In this document: piece by piece, positions 39,757 to 51,859 of the stretch
How positions within the stretch are numbered: the stretch's first letter is position 1
Layout: each line of letters starts with the position of its first letter
Assembly (NCBI RefSeq): GCF_006345805.1
Contig: NC_043005.1
Location: 105,710,001-105,774,000, forward strand
Direction of reading: 5' to 3'
Length of the DNA: 64,000 bases
Source: Octopus sinensis
Lineage: Eukaryota
The notes under the pieces: model-generated
Seen by the model: only the letters and a program-made list of their open reading frames with translations
What the model was told of the DNA's origin: nothing
The model's database searches: none
Made by a program: the position numbers and the translations under genes

Positions 39757-39789
<33 letters not shown>

Positions 39790-39969
39790 CATATATATGT
39801 GTGTGTGTGTATGTATGTATGTATATATATATTTGCGAGTATATTAATAGCTACAATACTAAACACAACCATAGGAACTTCAGAAGCCTGAAGGATCTAT
39901 TTTCATTGAACATAGATATGACTGCCAAAAAAGTGATGTATATACACACACACATGCACAAACTCTCAC

Positions 39970-40024
<55 letters not shown>

Positions 40025-40074
40025 CATACATACATACATACATACATTCATACATACATACATACATACATACA

Positions 40075-40109
<35 letters not shown>

Positions 40110-40210
40110 TCATCCATTCATACACACACATATATTTCTAATATCTATATCTATATCTATCTATTTATCTATATCTATATATATATATCTATATATATAT
40201 ATATATATTT

Positions 40211-40240
<30 letters not shown>
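39500..40240. repeat. Compound (TA)n/(CA)n/(TACA)n microsatellite region
   Basis: Several adjacent simple-repeat runs. Confidence 0.9.
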
Positions 40241-40242
<2 letters not shown>

Positions 40243-40569
40243 AGTAGATAAATCTTTTAATCTTTTACTTGCTTCTATGAAACACTTGTCATGGGTTTTG
40301 CATATTTTTTTCTTAATGATTTTTGTTACAAAAGGAGCTCCCATAATTTCTAAATGACCCCTCTTGTTTTTAAAGGGGATTTTTAAAAAATGCTTACCAA
40401 TTTTCTATTCCTGTATAAAATGCATTGATTATGTTTTGTGCATTGGAGAGAAATCTGAGATGCTCTGGAAACAGTGAGAACAGTTGTTCTCTTTGGTGCC
40501 TTGCTATGTAACTATCCAACACTCTGTGTGCATATATGGGTATACATATACAGAAGACCCTTAGTTTAG

Positions 40570-40965
40570 TTTAGTGGTGTGCGGATTGTGATCGTAAGGC
40601 TGTGAGTTCAATATCTGGTAGTATCTGTTTTCAGTGTTCTTTTTGAGAGTTACTCATTATTTCCTAATGCTTGGCTATGATAACAACAACACCAACAACA
40701 GTAGCAACAAGAACAACAGCAACAGAAAAATACAAGTTATTTCTCATTACTCTAGTTTGCTCAGCTAGAAAAATGAGTTGGACCTGAAGTTCAATGGAGC
40801 AGCCTTCTCACATTCGATGTGTCACGCTGAATCACCCTGAGAAACTACATTAAGGGTATGCATGTCTGTGGAGTGCTCAACCACTTGCACATTGATTTCA
40901 TGAGCAGGCTGTTCTGTTGATTGGATCAACTAGAAAACTCATCACCATAACTGACAGAGAGCCAG
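40570..40965 (+). mobile_element. Old SINE (head type 2, tail type X) interrupted by a local duplicated segment
   Basis: Degenerate head gatcgtaaggctgtgagttcaat, foreign 40623-40710 block, then a tail matching 49630-49830 and 35205-35390. Confidence 0.7.
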
Positions 40966-41604
40966 GTCATACATATACGAATATAATGTGTATGAGAAGT
41001 ATATACCCTGTACATGTACCTTTGAGTCAGAGTTGATAATGAAACTGAAAGTGAATTATGAAATAGTTGTAACTATTCAGAATGAAATCTTATTTTGCCT
41101 CTCACTTCGCCTGGATTTTAATTAATTATTATTATACATTCCACATAAATGTTTCCTGGACTCTCAAGCATGTTGTTACATTAAATTATATCCTGAATCT
41201 AATTACTGTGTTATATGGTTTCTACAGCTGGATGTGCTTCCTCCAACCACTTCCCAAGTGTACTAGGTGCTTATTTTGTGGCACCAACATTAGTGAGGTC
41301 ACCATGCAGCCTTCAGGACTAAGATCCACTTTGACAGATTGGGCTATGGTAGGGAAGGAGGTGGTTTTATGCTATCAGATGATGTACGTGTATGTCGTAT
41401 GTGTGTGTATACACATACACACACACACATACATATATGCATGTTTGCATGTGTGTGTCTGTGTGAATGCTTGAATGTGTAAGACTTCTCTCAGTTTCTA
41501 TCTGCCAAGATACACTCACCACATTTTGGTCAACCCTGGGCCACAGTTGGAGACATCGAAAGAGCAGTTGAACTGCTAGTGAAACAACAGTTTTGAGAAA
41601 CAAA

Positions 41605-41840
41605 CTTATTTCTTTATTACCCACAAGGGGCTAAACACAGAGGGGACAAACAAGGACAGACATAGGTATTAAGTCGATTACATCGACCCCAGTGCGTAAC
41701 TGGTACTTAATTTATCGACCCCGAAAGGATGAAAGGCAAAGTCGACCTCGGCGGAATTTGAACTCCCAACGTAACGGCAGCCGAAATACCGCTAAGCATT
41801 TCGCCCAACGTGCTAACGATTCTGCCAGCTCACCGCCTTA
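41605..41840 (-). mobile_element. SINE family A (well preserved)
   Basis: Complete reverse complement ending ...gccagctcaccgcctt. Confidence 0.92.
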
Positions 41841-41884
41841 CGGTTTGTTTTGAGAAACAAACTGCTTAGGTACACAAGCAGGTG

Positions 41885-42075
41885 TGTGAAGTTGTTGGCA
41901 TGCTGGGCAAATGCTGCTGAGCATTTCGTCTGTCTTTATGTTCTGAGTCCAAATTCCACTGAGGTTGAATTTGGCTTTCAACTTTATGGGAGTTGATCAA
42001 ATAAATACCAGCTGAACACTGGCATCAATGTAATTGATTTAGCCCTAAAATTGCTGGCCTTGTGCCAATATTTGA
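41885..42075 (+). mobile_element. SINE family A (old, diverged)
   Basis: gttggcatgctgggcaaatgct...ctgagtccaaattcc...attgctggccttgtgcc. Confidence 0.7.
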
Positions 42076-42233
42076 AGACAATATATATATGTGCGTATAT
42101 ATATATATATAAATATATATATAACCATTAATGGTAGGAACTTCTATAAATGGTTAATGGTTATATTTACATGCCAAAATCTACCAGTAAATAAGTGTTG
42201 GATTTTTAAAAACCATTAAAGCTATCATTTACT

Positions 42234-42272
<39 letters not shown>

Positions 42273-42341
42273 TAATATAGGATAAAATATTTTCAGAAAA
42301 AAAATTTCATCACAAGTGGCAGCATATTAAAATACCTTTAA

Positions 42342-42562
42342 CCCTTTCGTTACCAACCCAGCCAAAACCGGCTCTGGCTCAGTAGTATAAATGTCTTGTT
42401 TTCATTAGTTTTCCATTAAAATTTACCACCAAACCTTAGTCACAATTTATGTTCCTAACACTAGCTTAATGATAACTAAGTTATTTTACTAAATTCATTG
42501 TTATATTTAAAACAATTGAAAGAAATTTTGAGCATCTCAACATAAATACAGTAACAAAAGGG
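42342..42562. mobile_element. piggyBac-type MITE (221 bp)
   Basis: TTAA at 42338-42341 and 42563-42566 flank inverted termini CCCTTTCGTTAC / GTAACAAAAGGG (1 mismatch in 12). Confidence 0.85.
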
Positions 42563-42750
42563 TTAAAGGTTAAAATTATAAACAACTTATAAACAAGGGC
42601 AAAAGAAAAATTATTTCTATGCCAATATGCTGAGAACAGACTTTAAATCATCAATTTCTATATTTCATTATACATTCACTATAAATACTATTTATAGTGA
42701 ATGTGTATATATATATATTATTTACATATATATGTATACATATAACTATA

Positions 42751-43133
42751 TCTCTCTCTATATAAACGGCAGTTTGTCTGTGTGTGTTTCTGTGTGTCTG
42801 TCTGGTTGTACCCTCACCCTGACCACGGCTTTCAACCGATTCTGATGAAACTTGACACACACATAGCCCAATGTCATAATTCAAAACTAACGCAGCGAAC
42901 ATTTTTAAAAGTTCCCCCAGTTCTGAAAAAAATCAATAAATTCGACATGGGGTCGAGAATCAGAAACACAAACCACAGACTGTCTAGGGGACGCAACTCG
43001 ACCTTTTTTAACTCTCAAAAAAAATTTACCATCTTTTTTTCCATTTTTTTGCTGTTTTTTGGCTATAACTCTCTAAAAATGCTTTATAGTTATTTCCCTT
43101 ACAAACCTGAGCAACGCCGGGCGATACTGCTAG
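42751..43133 (+). mobile_element. Non-autonomous Helitron, short form
   Basis: 5' TC start, CCGATTCTGATGAAACTTG block, 3' hairpin cctgagcaacgccggg then CTAG followed by T, inserted between A and T. Confidence 0.85.
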
Positions 43134-43219
43134 TATATATATATATATATACATACACACATACATATATGTATATATGTGTGAGTGTGTGTATATATAT
43201 ATTTATACACACACACACA

Positions 43220-43421
<202 letters not shown>

Positions 43422-43429
43422 CGTATCCA

Positions 43430-44230
43430 AATATCATCCAAGATAGATAAGCAATTCATTGCAGCATTAAATAGATGCTTCCCTAAAATATAAACGCTAC
43501 CGTTTATTCAACAAGCACACAGTGAAAATATTGTGTGTAACATCTTACAACATGGAGTACTACATACATAAACACAACAACAGGAAATTAGACATACAGA
43601 CATCATCTGCTGGCAGAGGGCAAACAAATCAAGACATCACAGGATTTAAGGCCAATAACAAAAATAAACAACAGATATACTGCAAAAACTCAGATAACGT
43701 AAAAGACGGTGGCAATAAAATTGAAATGAATCATCAAAAAAGATCCAACATAAAAGATTGCTGATTCCACAATGCTTTAGACACTAACAATCAAATAGAA
43801 CATCATGAAAACAGAATCAAAAGGCTACCAGATAAACATAAAAATAATTATAGTATAAATAACTGCACATGCAATAGAAAATCTGCTTGTCCACTCATGA
43901 ACCAATGTGTCCAAAAAAACATAGTATACAAATGCACAATCTCCACATCCCAACATAAATATGTGAGCATAGGTGCCATGGCAAACCAATTCAAAGACTG
44001 TTATCACAACCACATCTCATCATTCCAAAAAAATAAACAGACAACATGCAACTTCACCGACAAACCTCTCATTGGACTGAAAGAATCAAAAATTAAATAC
44101 GAAATAAAATGGTCAATAATAAAAAATGCACACCCATATAATTCGCTCTCTGACAAATGTGACCTTTGCCTTGAGGAAGCATTAAGTTTATTGCTGAGTG
44201 ATGAGAACCTGGTAAACAAGCATGATGAGA
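43430..44230 (+). mobile_element. Penelope-like retroelement remnant (linker + GIY-YIG)
   Basis: [17 protein letters not shown]...FNKHTVK...NNCTCNRKSACPLMNQCVQKNIVYKCTI...SIGAMANQFKDCYHNH...YEIKWSIIKNAHPY...KCDLCLEE; homologous to 29685-31265. Confidence 0.88.
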
Positions 44231-45108
44231 ATATTCCAACATGTTGTCTGACAGCCATGATTAGGTTTTCCTGCTTGTATGGCATTGGGGAGAGTCCTGT
44301 TGCCAGACATAGTGTCTTCCAGCACCCACCCTCTTGACTCAGGGCAGCACTACCTCCTCCAGGCACTAGATGAGGGCCTCCTTGTTGAGTCTGAGGCCAG
44401 GTGGGAAGATGAATGAAGGCATAACATCGCCATCACTAGTGATCACTTCAAACACTATGATGTTGACTATATGTTTGAGTTTTGTCACTCTTGGTACATG
44501 TTTTGGGGACACAGCAAGCCAACGGTTGTTCTGTGTGTTCACCATCTGATCCTGGCAGGAATTTTTCTTGTCTGAGAAAATCCAAAGCATGTTCAGTTGG
44601 AGGGGATTCTTGAGTTTGTTCAAAAGCTTTGTAGCATGGTCTTTCCTCTTGTCCTTGATGGCTTGGGATGAAAATTGGCCCTTTCTCGTCTTGTATGAGG
44701 AATACCGAATCTCTTCGTGCACTACCTGACTGATAAGAAACTCAGACACTCTGATGTCCCTGGTGATGAACCTGATTGACGTGGTGGGATCGTTTTCAAT
44801 CATGGCCTTGTTCTCACCAACAAATTCAGGAGTTCTTTTCTTATCAGAAGGATCAGAGTGAGTTTCTTGAGCTGCCATACCTTCATAGTCACCATTAGAC
44901 TCATCCATCTCTTTCCAAATCCTTTGCACTGTCCTCAGATCGACACCCAAACAGTCGGTAGAGAGAATTGCATCATGGTACTGCTCTTATCACAGACAGT
45001 GCCCATCTGACCCTACTATACTGTGTAGTCAGCAAAATATAAAATAAAAAAATGCATATGCACAAAATTAAAAATAGAAAATGGCGATAATTTACCCATC
45101 GCACCCTG
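44230..45108 (-). mobile_element. Tc1/mariner-superfamily (maT/DD37D-like) transposon remnant with one intact TIR
   Basis: ORF 44366-44950 ...WIFSDKK...VNTQNNRWLA...VITSDGDVMPSFIFPPGLRLN; continues through stops as YVWQQDSPQCHTSRKT; left end TA-CAGGGTGCGATGGGTAAATT at 45108-45110. Confidence 0.9.
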
Positions 45109-45170
45109 TATACATATATATATACAACAGCAAAATTAAGGAACGGCCATAATAGGCCGTTAAAATTTGA

Positions 45171-45222
<52 letters not shown>

Positions 45223-45236
45223 ACATATATATACAT

Positions 45237-45298
<62 letters not shown>

Positions 45299-46727
45299 TA
45301 ATACATATATATACTTATAAACATACATCTGTGTATGGGTGTCTGTGTCTGTGTATGTGGATACAAATATATGTATGCATCCATACTTGCATACAAACAT
45401 ACACATATATACACACATATACATGCATGCACACATACATATCTGTGCAGTTTTGAACTTGCAATGCTTCAATCAAAGCTTGTAGTTCACATTGAAACTG
45501 ACTGACATATGTGTTGTAGCTTATGTCACGAATTGTCCACTGTTTAACCTTGAGAATTCAGACGTCTCAAAGAATGAACAAAAGCAATTTAAATGACATT
45601 CTTGAAATTCATTCCGTTACCTGAGAGTAAAAGAAGGATTTGTGTTGAGCAGTGTGGGTGGTGGAGGTGTGCAGGTGCAGTAAAAGAACATTTTTGTTCC
45701 ATATTTGATTCAACCAATTTATTGTATAAATTTTAACAATGGACATTCTTGTTACTTTCGTTGGACATATTGAAATAAATATTCATGTTTACATACTTAT
45801 AGGGCACAGCCTATTGATAAATAAATGCAAACTATATACTTATGCATATATTAAGGAAGAGTCAAAAACATTCGTGTGCAGACACACATATAAGCATGTA
45901 CACACAAGCACAGACACACACACACACACACATGCACATACATATTTGTAAGTATACAGGTATTTTTATATACCTGTAAAATATACATTTTCATACCAAC
46001 ACATACACATGCATGTACACACATACAGATACATATTTATATACATACACATACATTTATATATATGTGTGTATGTATATATGTATATATGTATAGATGT
46101 ATATATATATATATATATTGTTATAAACTCTTACAAACTCGACACACATTTGTTCCAAATACTTACATTTAGAACTGCATGCTTTATCATTCACATGCAA
46201 ACACAGATATGCATAATAGCTTATGTATACATTCAATTTAATCTCTACACCATATATATAATTTTCTTATGCTCACACACACACACACACACACACACAC
46301 GCGCGTGCACACATACATAGATTTATTCATATATTAGCTATTATTAAGCTATGACAGTAGAATGGTTTGTTTGTGATATAGAGAAAAGTTCATGATGTTT
46401 TAATCTCTGCAACAAAAGTTCAATTCTTACTCTTGCTCAAAGAGTAATGGGTGTATATCTTCATGTTTTAAGTGCACAAACATGGCCATTCGGATATGGT
46501 ACTAGGCTACTGTTATGTGCATCTTGCATTCAAATGCATTGCTACTATACTTTGTTGAATATTTGGTTAAGCAGCTAAACCTATCTTGCTCTCAAGGGAA
46601 CAGGAACCTGATCATGTGGTAATGTTACTTTTGTTACTCCACACACATAAACCACACACACCTATACATATGTACACACACACCTATACATATGTACACA
46701 CACACCTATACATATGTACACACACAC

Positions 46728-46850
46728 ACAGGTGCAGGCATGGCTACATGGTTAAGGAGTTTGCTTCACAACCATGTAGTTCTGAGTTTTGTCTCACTGT
46801 GTGGCACCTTCAGCAAGTCCTTTCTACTATCACCCTGGGCCAACAAAAGC
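46728..46850 (+). mobile_element. SINE family B head fused to a following family A copy
   Basis: ggtgcaggcatggctacatggttaagg...gggccaacaaaagc runs directly into ctggcagaatcattagc. Confidence 0.7.
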
Positions 46851-46852
46851 CT

Positions 46853-47262
46853 GGCAGAATCATTAGCATGCCGGGTGAAATGCTTAGCAGTATTTTGTCT
46901 ACCATTACGTTCTGAGTTCAAATTCCGTCGAGGTCCACTTTGCCTTTCATCCTTTCGGAGTTGATTAAATAAGTACCAGTTACGCACTGGGGTTGATATA
47001 ATCGACTTAATCCGTGTGTCTGTCCTTGTTTGTCCCCTCTGTGTTTAGCCCCCTTGTGGGTAGTAAAGAAATAGGTATTTCATCTGCCGCTATGCTCTGA
47101 GTTCGAATTCCGCTGAGGTCGACTTTGCCTTTCATCCTTTCAGAGTTGATTAAATAAGTACCAGTTACGCACTGGGGTCGATATAATCGACTTAATCCAT
47201 TTGTCTGTCCTTGTTTGTCCCCCTCTGTGTTTAGCCTCTTGTGGGTAGTAAAGAAATAGGTA
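46853..47262 (+). mobile_element. SINE family A, full unit plus headless tandem unit
   Basis: Second unit joined at gtaaagaaataggtatttcatctgccgc. Confidence 0.9.
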
Positions 47263-47607
47263 GGGATCAGATAGTGTAGTAATGTTGTATTAATGGTGTA
47301 ACAGTGTTGTAAGAATATTGTAGCTGCGTTATGGAAGAGTCAATGTCCAACATATCTGAACACTGCTTTTGCCAAAAGTAATGTTCAATGTTGAGATGTG
47401 TTGTACTTCTGTTGAGTACCAGGTACCAGTGCCTTCTTCCCCCTGCTGTTTATAAATTGAGTTGCCACTGCGTCAAGAATGAGGATGTGCACTGTATGTA
47501 TGGCTAAAATATGAGTGAAGGCATCATGCATGATATATACTAAGTGGTACTCACATGTGAGCGGTTGCTTAATTGTTACTAGTTGAGAATACACACACAC
47601 AATATAT

Positions 47608-47743
47608 GGGCATATGGCGTAGTGGTTAAGAGCGAGGGCTACTAACCCCAAGATTCTGAGTTTGATTCCAGGCAGTGACCAGAATAATAATAATATTAAT
47701 AATAATAATAATAATAATGATGATAATAATAATAATAATGATG

Positions 47744-47787
<44 letters not shown>
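47608..47787 (+). mobile_element. tRNA-derived head plus (AAT)n; 5' half of hammerhead-bearing element
   Basis: A box TGGCGTAGTGG (47615-47625), B box GAGTTTGATTCC (47658-47669), anticodon-like arm GGG-CTACTAA-CCC, then (AAT)n to 47787. Confidence 0.75.
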
Positions 47788-49276
47788 CACACTAGATAAA
47801 ACCAATGAAATAAAAGAATTAGACCAAAGCCAAACTTACAAATACTTAGGAATCCATGAACTAGATAAGACACAACACACACAAATGAAAGAGAAAATAA
47901 AAAAAGAATATTATAGACGAGTTAGATCAATACTAAAAACAGAGCTCAATGCTAAAAACAAGATAATAGATATTAACACTTTAGCTGTCCCAGTTATAAG
48001 TTACAGCTACAATATCCTTAACTGGACACTAAATGAACTGACCAAAATAGATAGGAAAACAAGAAAAATAATGACAGGGTCTAGGATGCATCACCCAAAA
48101 TCTGACATAGAAAGACTATATATACAATGTATAGAAGGTGGTAGAGGCCTTATACAGCTGGAAAACTACTATAAAATAACCACCATAGGACTGCAAAAAT
48201 ATCTACTTCAGAAGGTAGGAAAACTGATACAAATAGCGGCAAAACACGAGCAAAACAAAAACTGTTCTCAGTATTTAAGGAAGCTGACAAATACAAACAA
48301 GAAATCATACCGCCTAATAAACATGAAGAAGAAGAAGAAGAAGAAGATGAAGAAACAACAAAAGCTATAAAACAAATGAAATCCAAACTAAAACTAGAAC
48401 AGCAAAGAACCATGATAAAACGAGGGCAAAAAAAAACCCTCCACGGTAAATACTGGACTAAACTAAATGCAAAAGAAATAGACAAAGAAAAATCCCAGCA
48501 ATGGTTGAGAAGCTCAGCACTCAAAGCAGAGACAGAGGGATTTTTAATTGCAGCACAAGACCAAAGCCTCCCCAAAAACATGTAATGAAAAGAAATATAA
48601 CAAGTAACTGCAGAATATGTGGAGATGGACAAGAAACAATAAATCATATTATCTCTGGCTGCCCAGTCCTGGCTAAGAAGGAATATATTCACAGACATGA
48701 CAGAGTTGGAAACTACATACACTGGAAGCTATGCCAACATTATGGAATAACAACAGAAAAAAGATGGTATAGGCACACACCAGAAAAGGTCACAGAAAAT
48801 GAGAAAGCAACCATACTCTGGGATATGCCGATACACACAGATAGAGAAATTAAGGCCAACAGACCAGATATAGTTGTCAGAGATCATGAAGGAAAAAAAT
48901 GCTTTCTAATTGATGTATCAATACCGGCAGATGACAATGTGTCTCTAAAAGAAATGGAGAAACTTTGAAAATACAAAGACCTGGAAATAGAGGTAACCAG
49001 AATGTGGAATCTGAAAACAGAAACAATTCCTATCATAGTAGGTGCATTAGGCATGATAAAAAAATATTCAAACAAATACATGACAAAAACACCAGGACTT
49101 ACAAACACATATAACATACAGAAAATTTCACTACTAGGCACTGCACACATCCTACGCAGAACACTTTCCATACAATAACCATCAGAGCATCACAACAAAT
49201 CACAGCACATACCCAAGGCACACAGAGCTGCTCTCGGTAGTGAAGTGAAAGCACGCTATAAAAAATAAAACTACTG
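47788..49276 (+). mobile_element. R4/Dong-clade non-LTR retrotransposon, 5'-truncated, inserted in (AAT)n
   Basis: YKYLGI...RLYI...GGRGLIQLE...AETEGFLIAAQDQSL...CRICGDGQETINHIISGC (CCHC)...RHDRV...ILWD...NRPDIVV...LIDVSIP...KYKDL...IPIIVGALG...LLGTAHILRR; restriction-like endonuclease, 3' UTR and AAT repeats on both sides; several frameshifts and stops. Confidence 0.95.
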
Positions 49277-49491
49277 AATGATAATAATAATGACAACAAC
49301 ATCGAAAAATACCTTAGGAATGAGAACCCAGGTTCGAAATTTCCCCAAGACACCTGATGAAGGCTGGAGGGTATATCAGCCAAAACATTGTGTTAACAAC
49401 AAACAAGATGAGGACAAATATCTGTCAAATGTAAATAATCTAAATAATGTAAATAATGTACGTAATTCCTCATCTCTTAAATATAGAACTG
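49277..49491 (+). mobile_element. 3' half of tRNA-headed hammerhead-bearing element
   Basis: (AAT) remnant then catcgaaaaataccttagg...cctgatgaaggctgg...cctcatctcttaaatatagaactg; a partial homolog is at 23788-23865. Confidence 0.7.
49349..49394 (+). ncRNA. Minimal type I hammerhead motif, CpG-decayed in this copy
   Basis: GACAC-CTGATGA-A-GGCTG(10 nt)CAGCC-aAAAC-aTT-GTGTT; restoring two CG>CA changes gives GAAAC-GTT. Stem I is GACAC/GTGTT and stem II is GGCTG/CAGCC. Confidence 0.6.
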
Positions 49492-49507
49492 AATATTTAT
49501 TTCAGTA

Positions 49508-49832
49508 GTGAAGGCACATGGCCTAGTGGTTAGGGTATTCAGCTCATGATCATAAGGTCGTCAGTTCGATTCCTGGCATCGCATTGTGTCCTTGAGCAAG
49601 ACACTTTACTTCACGTTGCTCCAATCCACTCACCTGATAAAAATGAGCAGTACCTGTATTTCAAAGGACCAGCCTTGTCGCATTCTGTGTCACGCTGAAT
49701 CTCAGTGAGAACTATGTTATGGGTACATGTGTCTGTGGAGTGTTCAGCCACTTGCATGTTAATTTCATGAGCAGGCTGTTCCGTTGATTGGATCAACTGG
49801 AACCCGAATCATCATAACCGACAGAGTGCCAG
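49508..49832 (+). mobile_element. tRNA-derived SINE (head type 2, tail type X)
   Basis: A box TGGCCTAGTGG, B box AGTTCGATTCC, gtgtccttgagcaagacact core, and a tail shared with 35194-35581. Confidence 0.88.
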
Positions 49833-49857
49833 TCAATATTTCAGTAATATTACATCT

Positions 49858-50098
49858 AATGGCACGTAAAAAGCACCATCCGATCGTGGCCATTTGCCAG
49901 CCTCACCTGGCCTTCGTGCTGGTGGCACATAAAAAGCACCATCCAACCGTGGCTGTTTGCCAGCCTTATCTGGCACCTGTGCCAGTGGCACGTAAAAAGC
50001 ACCCACTACACTCATGGAGTGGTTGGCGTTAGGAAGGGCATCCAACTGTAGAAACACTGCCAGATCAGACTGGGCCTGGTGCAGCCTTCTGGCTTCCC
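49858..50098 (+). mobile_element. Family C repeat with two ~61-bp internal units
   Basis: gcacgtaaaaagcacc units followed by the family C 3' block. Confidence 0.85.
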
Positions 50099-50109
50099 AA
50101 ACGATAGGC

Positions 50110-50712
50110 AGTTTATCAATTAAACAGATACATGGAAATTGTAGTTGTGATACCTGTGCTGGTGGAACCTAAAAATCACCACCCGTATGTGGCCAATGCC
50201 AGCGCTGCCTTGACTGGCTTCCATGTCGTTGGCACGTAAAAAGCACCAACCAATCGTGGCCATTGCCAGCCTCCCCTGGCACCTGTGCCAGTGGCATGAA
50301 AAAGCACCATCCGTACGTGGTCGATGCCAACACCACCTTGACTGGCTTCCGTGCCGGTGGCACATAGAAAGCACCAGCCGATCGTGGCTGTTGCTAGCCT
50401 CCCCTGGCACCTGTGCCAGTGGCATGAAAAAGCACCATCCGTACGTGGTCGATGCCAACACCACTTTGACTGGCTTCCGTGCCGGTGGCACATAGAAAGC
50501 ACCAGCTGATCATGGCCGTTGCTAGCCTCGCCTGGCATGTAAAAGCACCCACTACACTCACGGAATGGTTGGCGTTAGGAAGGGCATCCAGCTGTAGAAA
50601 CACTTCCAGATCAGACTGGAGCCTGGTGCAGCCTCCTGGCTTCCCAGACCCCGGTCGAACCATCCAACCCATGCTAGCATGGAAAATGGACGGTAAACAA
50701 CGATGATGATGA
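50110..50712 (+). mobile_element. Family C repeat with internal 128-bp higher-order tandem array and (GAT)n tail
   Basis: gcaccatccgtacgtgg recurs at 50304 and 50432; alternating ~67/61-bp subunits; ends ccatgctagcatggaaaatggacgg...gatgatgat. Confidence 0.9.
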
Positions 50713-51634
50713 GATAGATATATAACAGAAAGAAATGCACCATCTGTGCATCCATTCTTGAAACAGCTGTAAGAGACCATCTGTACACATCCCTTTTTTC
50801 TGATGATCTATACTCTTGTAACAACTTAACCATTATGTTCAAATACATAAATGTCATCATCCATCAAAATCTAACCTGATGCCAGTTGTTTGCTTGTTTA
50901 CACTATCTCTCTCTCTATATAAAATCTCTTTGTAAGATTCAACCTGTGAAACTATCATTTTTTTAAACAGGTGGTTATATTCATTTATGCAAAAAGCAAG
51001 TTTAAAAATAAAAACGAAAAAATTAACTAATTATAAAAGATTTCTTTGCAATAATTAGATGCAGAACATTTAATTATTGTCACTTTCAATTTACCTACAA
51101 AAAAAGGCTTATTTTAATTGCAAATTAAGCTCTTCTTTAGTTGTTGGAATGAAATACATTCGTTAATAATAATTAATTAAAAAGCTAATCTAAATTTAGT
51201 TTCTGAAATTTTAGACTGGGAGAAAAATAAACGTTGAATTTCTTTACAAATGATCTGAGCAAATGACGCTATTGTTCACCTTTTCCACAATTGGACATTA
51301 CTAAGTAGATCAGAAGTACAGGCAACTTGCCTACCAATGTGTCTCACTACATACCTACAGACATATAGACATACAAACCTGCATTACCTATCCATGTACC
51401 AATCCTCGTTTGCTTTCTAACAACCTCCATACATTGATATCTATCTATCTACCTACCTATCTATATATCTATCTATCTATCTATCTATACATACATACAT
51501 ACATACATACATACACATACACACACATACACACAGACTCATACACATACATACACACACACATACATACAATATAACTTTCTTCTGTTATGTTAACTAT
51601 TTTCTTACAGATTTGTTGTGATTGTTTTGTTGCT

Positions 51635-51815
51635 GTTATGGTTTAACCCTGGGTCAGCCCTCCTTCAACAGGCCTATGATCAAGGGCATTTCCACTCTTG
51701 AACAACCTACCTTTTAATTATACATAGCCTGCTTAGAGGTACATTATCTAACTTTGTGCTTCCATTTTAAAGCTATTACATTGAGGTTTAAAAGTGATTT
51801 GACTGCTGTTTCTGG
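51635..51815 (+). mobile_element. Dispersed repeat family E
   Basis: ccctgggtcagccct...cctatgatcaagggcatt...gtgatttgactgctgtttctgg. Confidence 0.6.
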
Positions 51816-51859
51816 TATTTTGTATGACTGTGTCAGTACTTCTTCATCAGCTCTTTATT

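Noticed and set aside
47608-47682. Functional tRNA gene (also the heads at 7894, 35510-35581 and 49508)
   Set aside because: The acceptor stem does not pair, there is no terminator T-run, and each continues into repeat body, so these are SINE heads.
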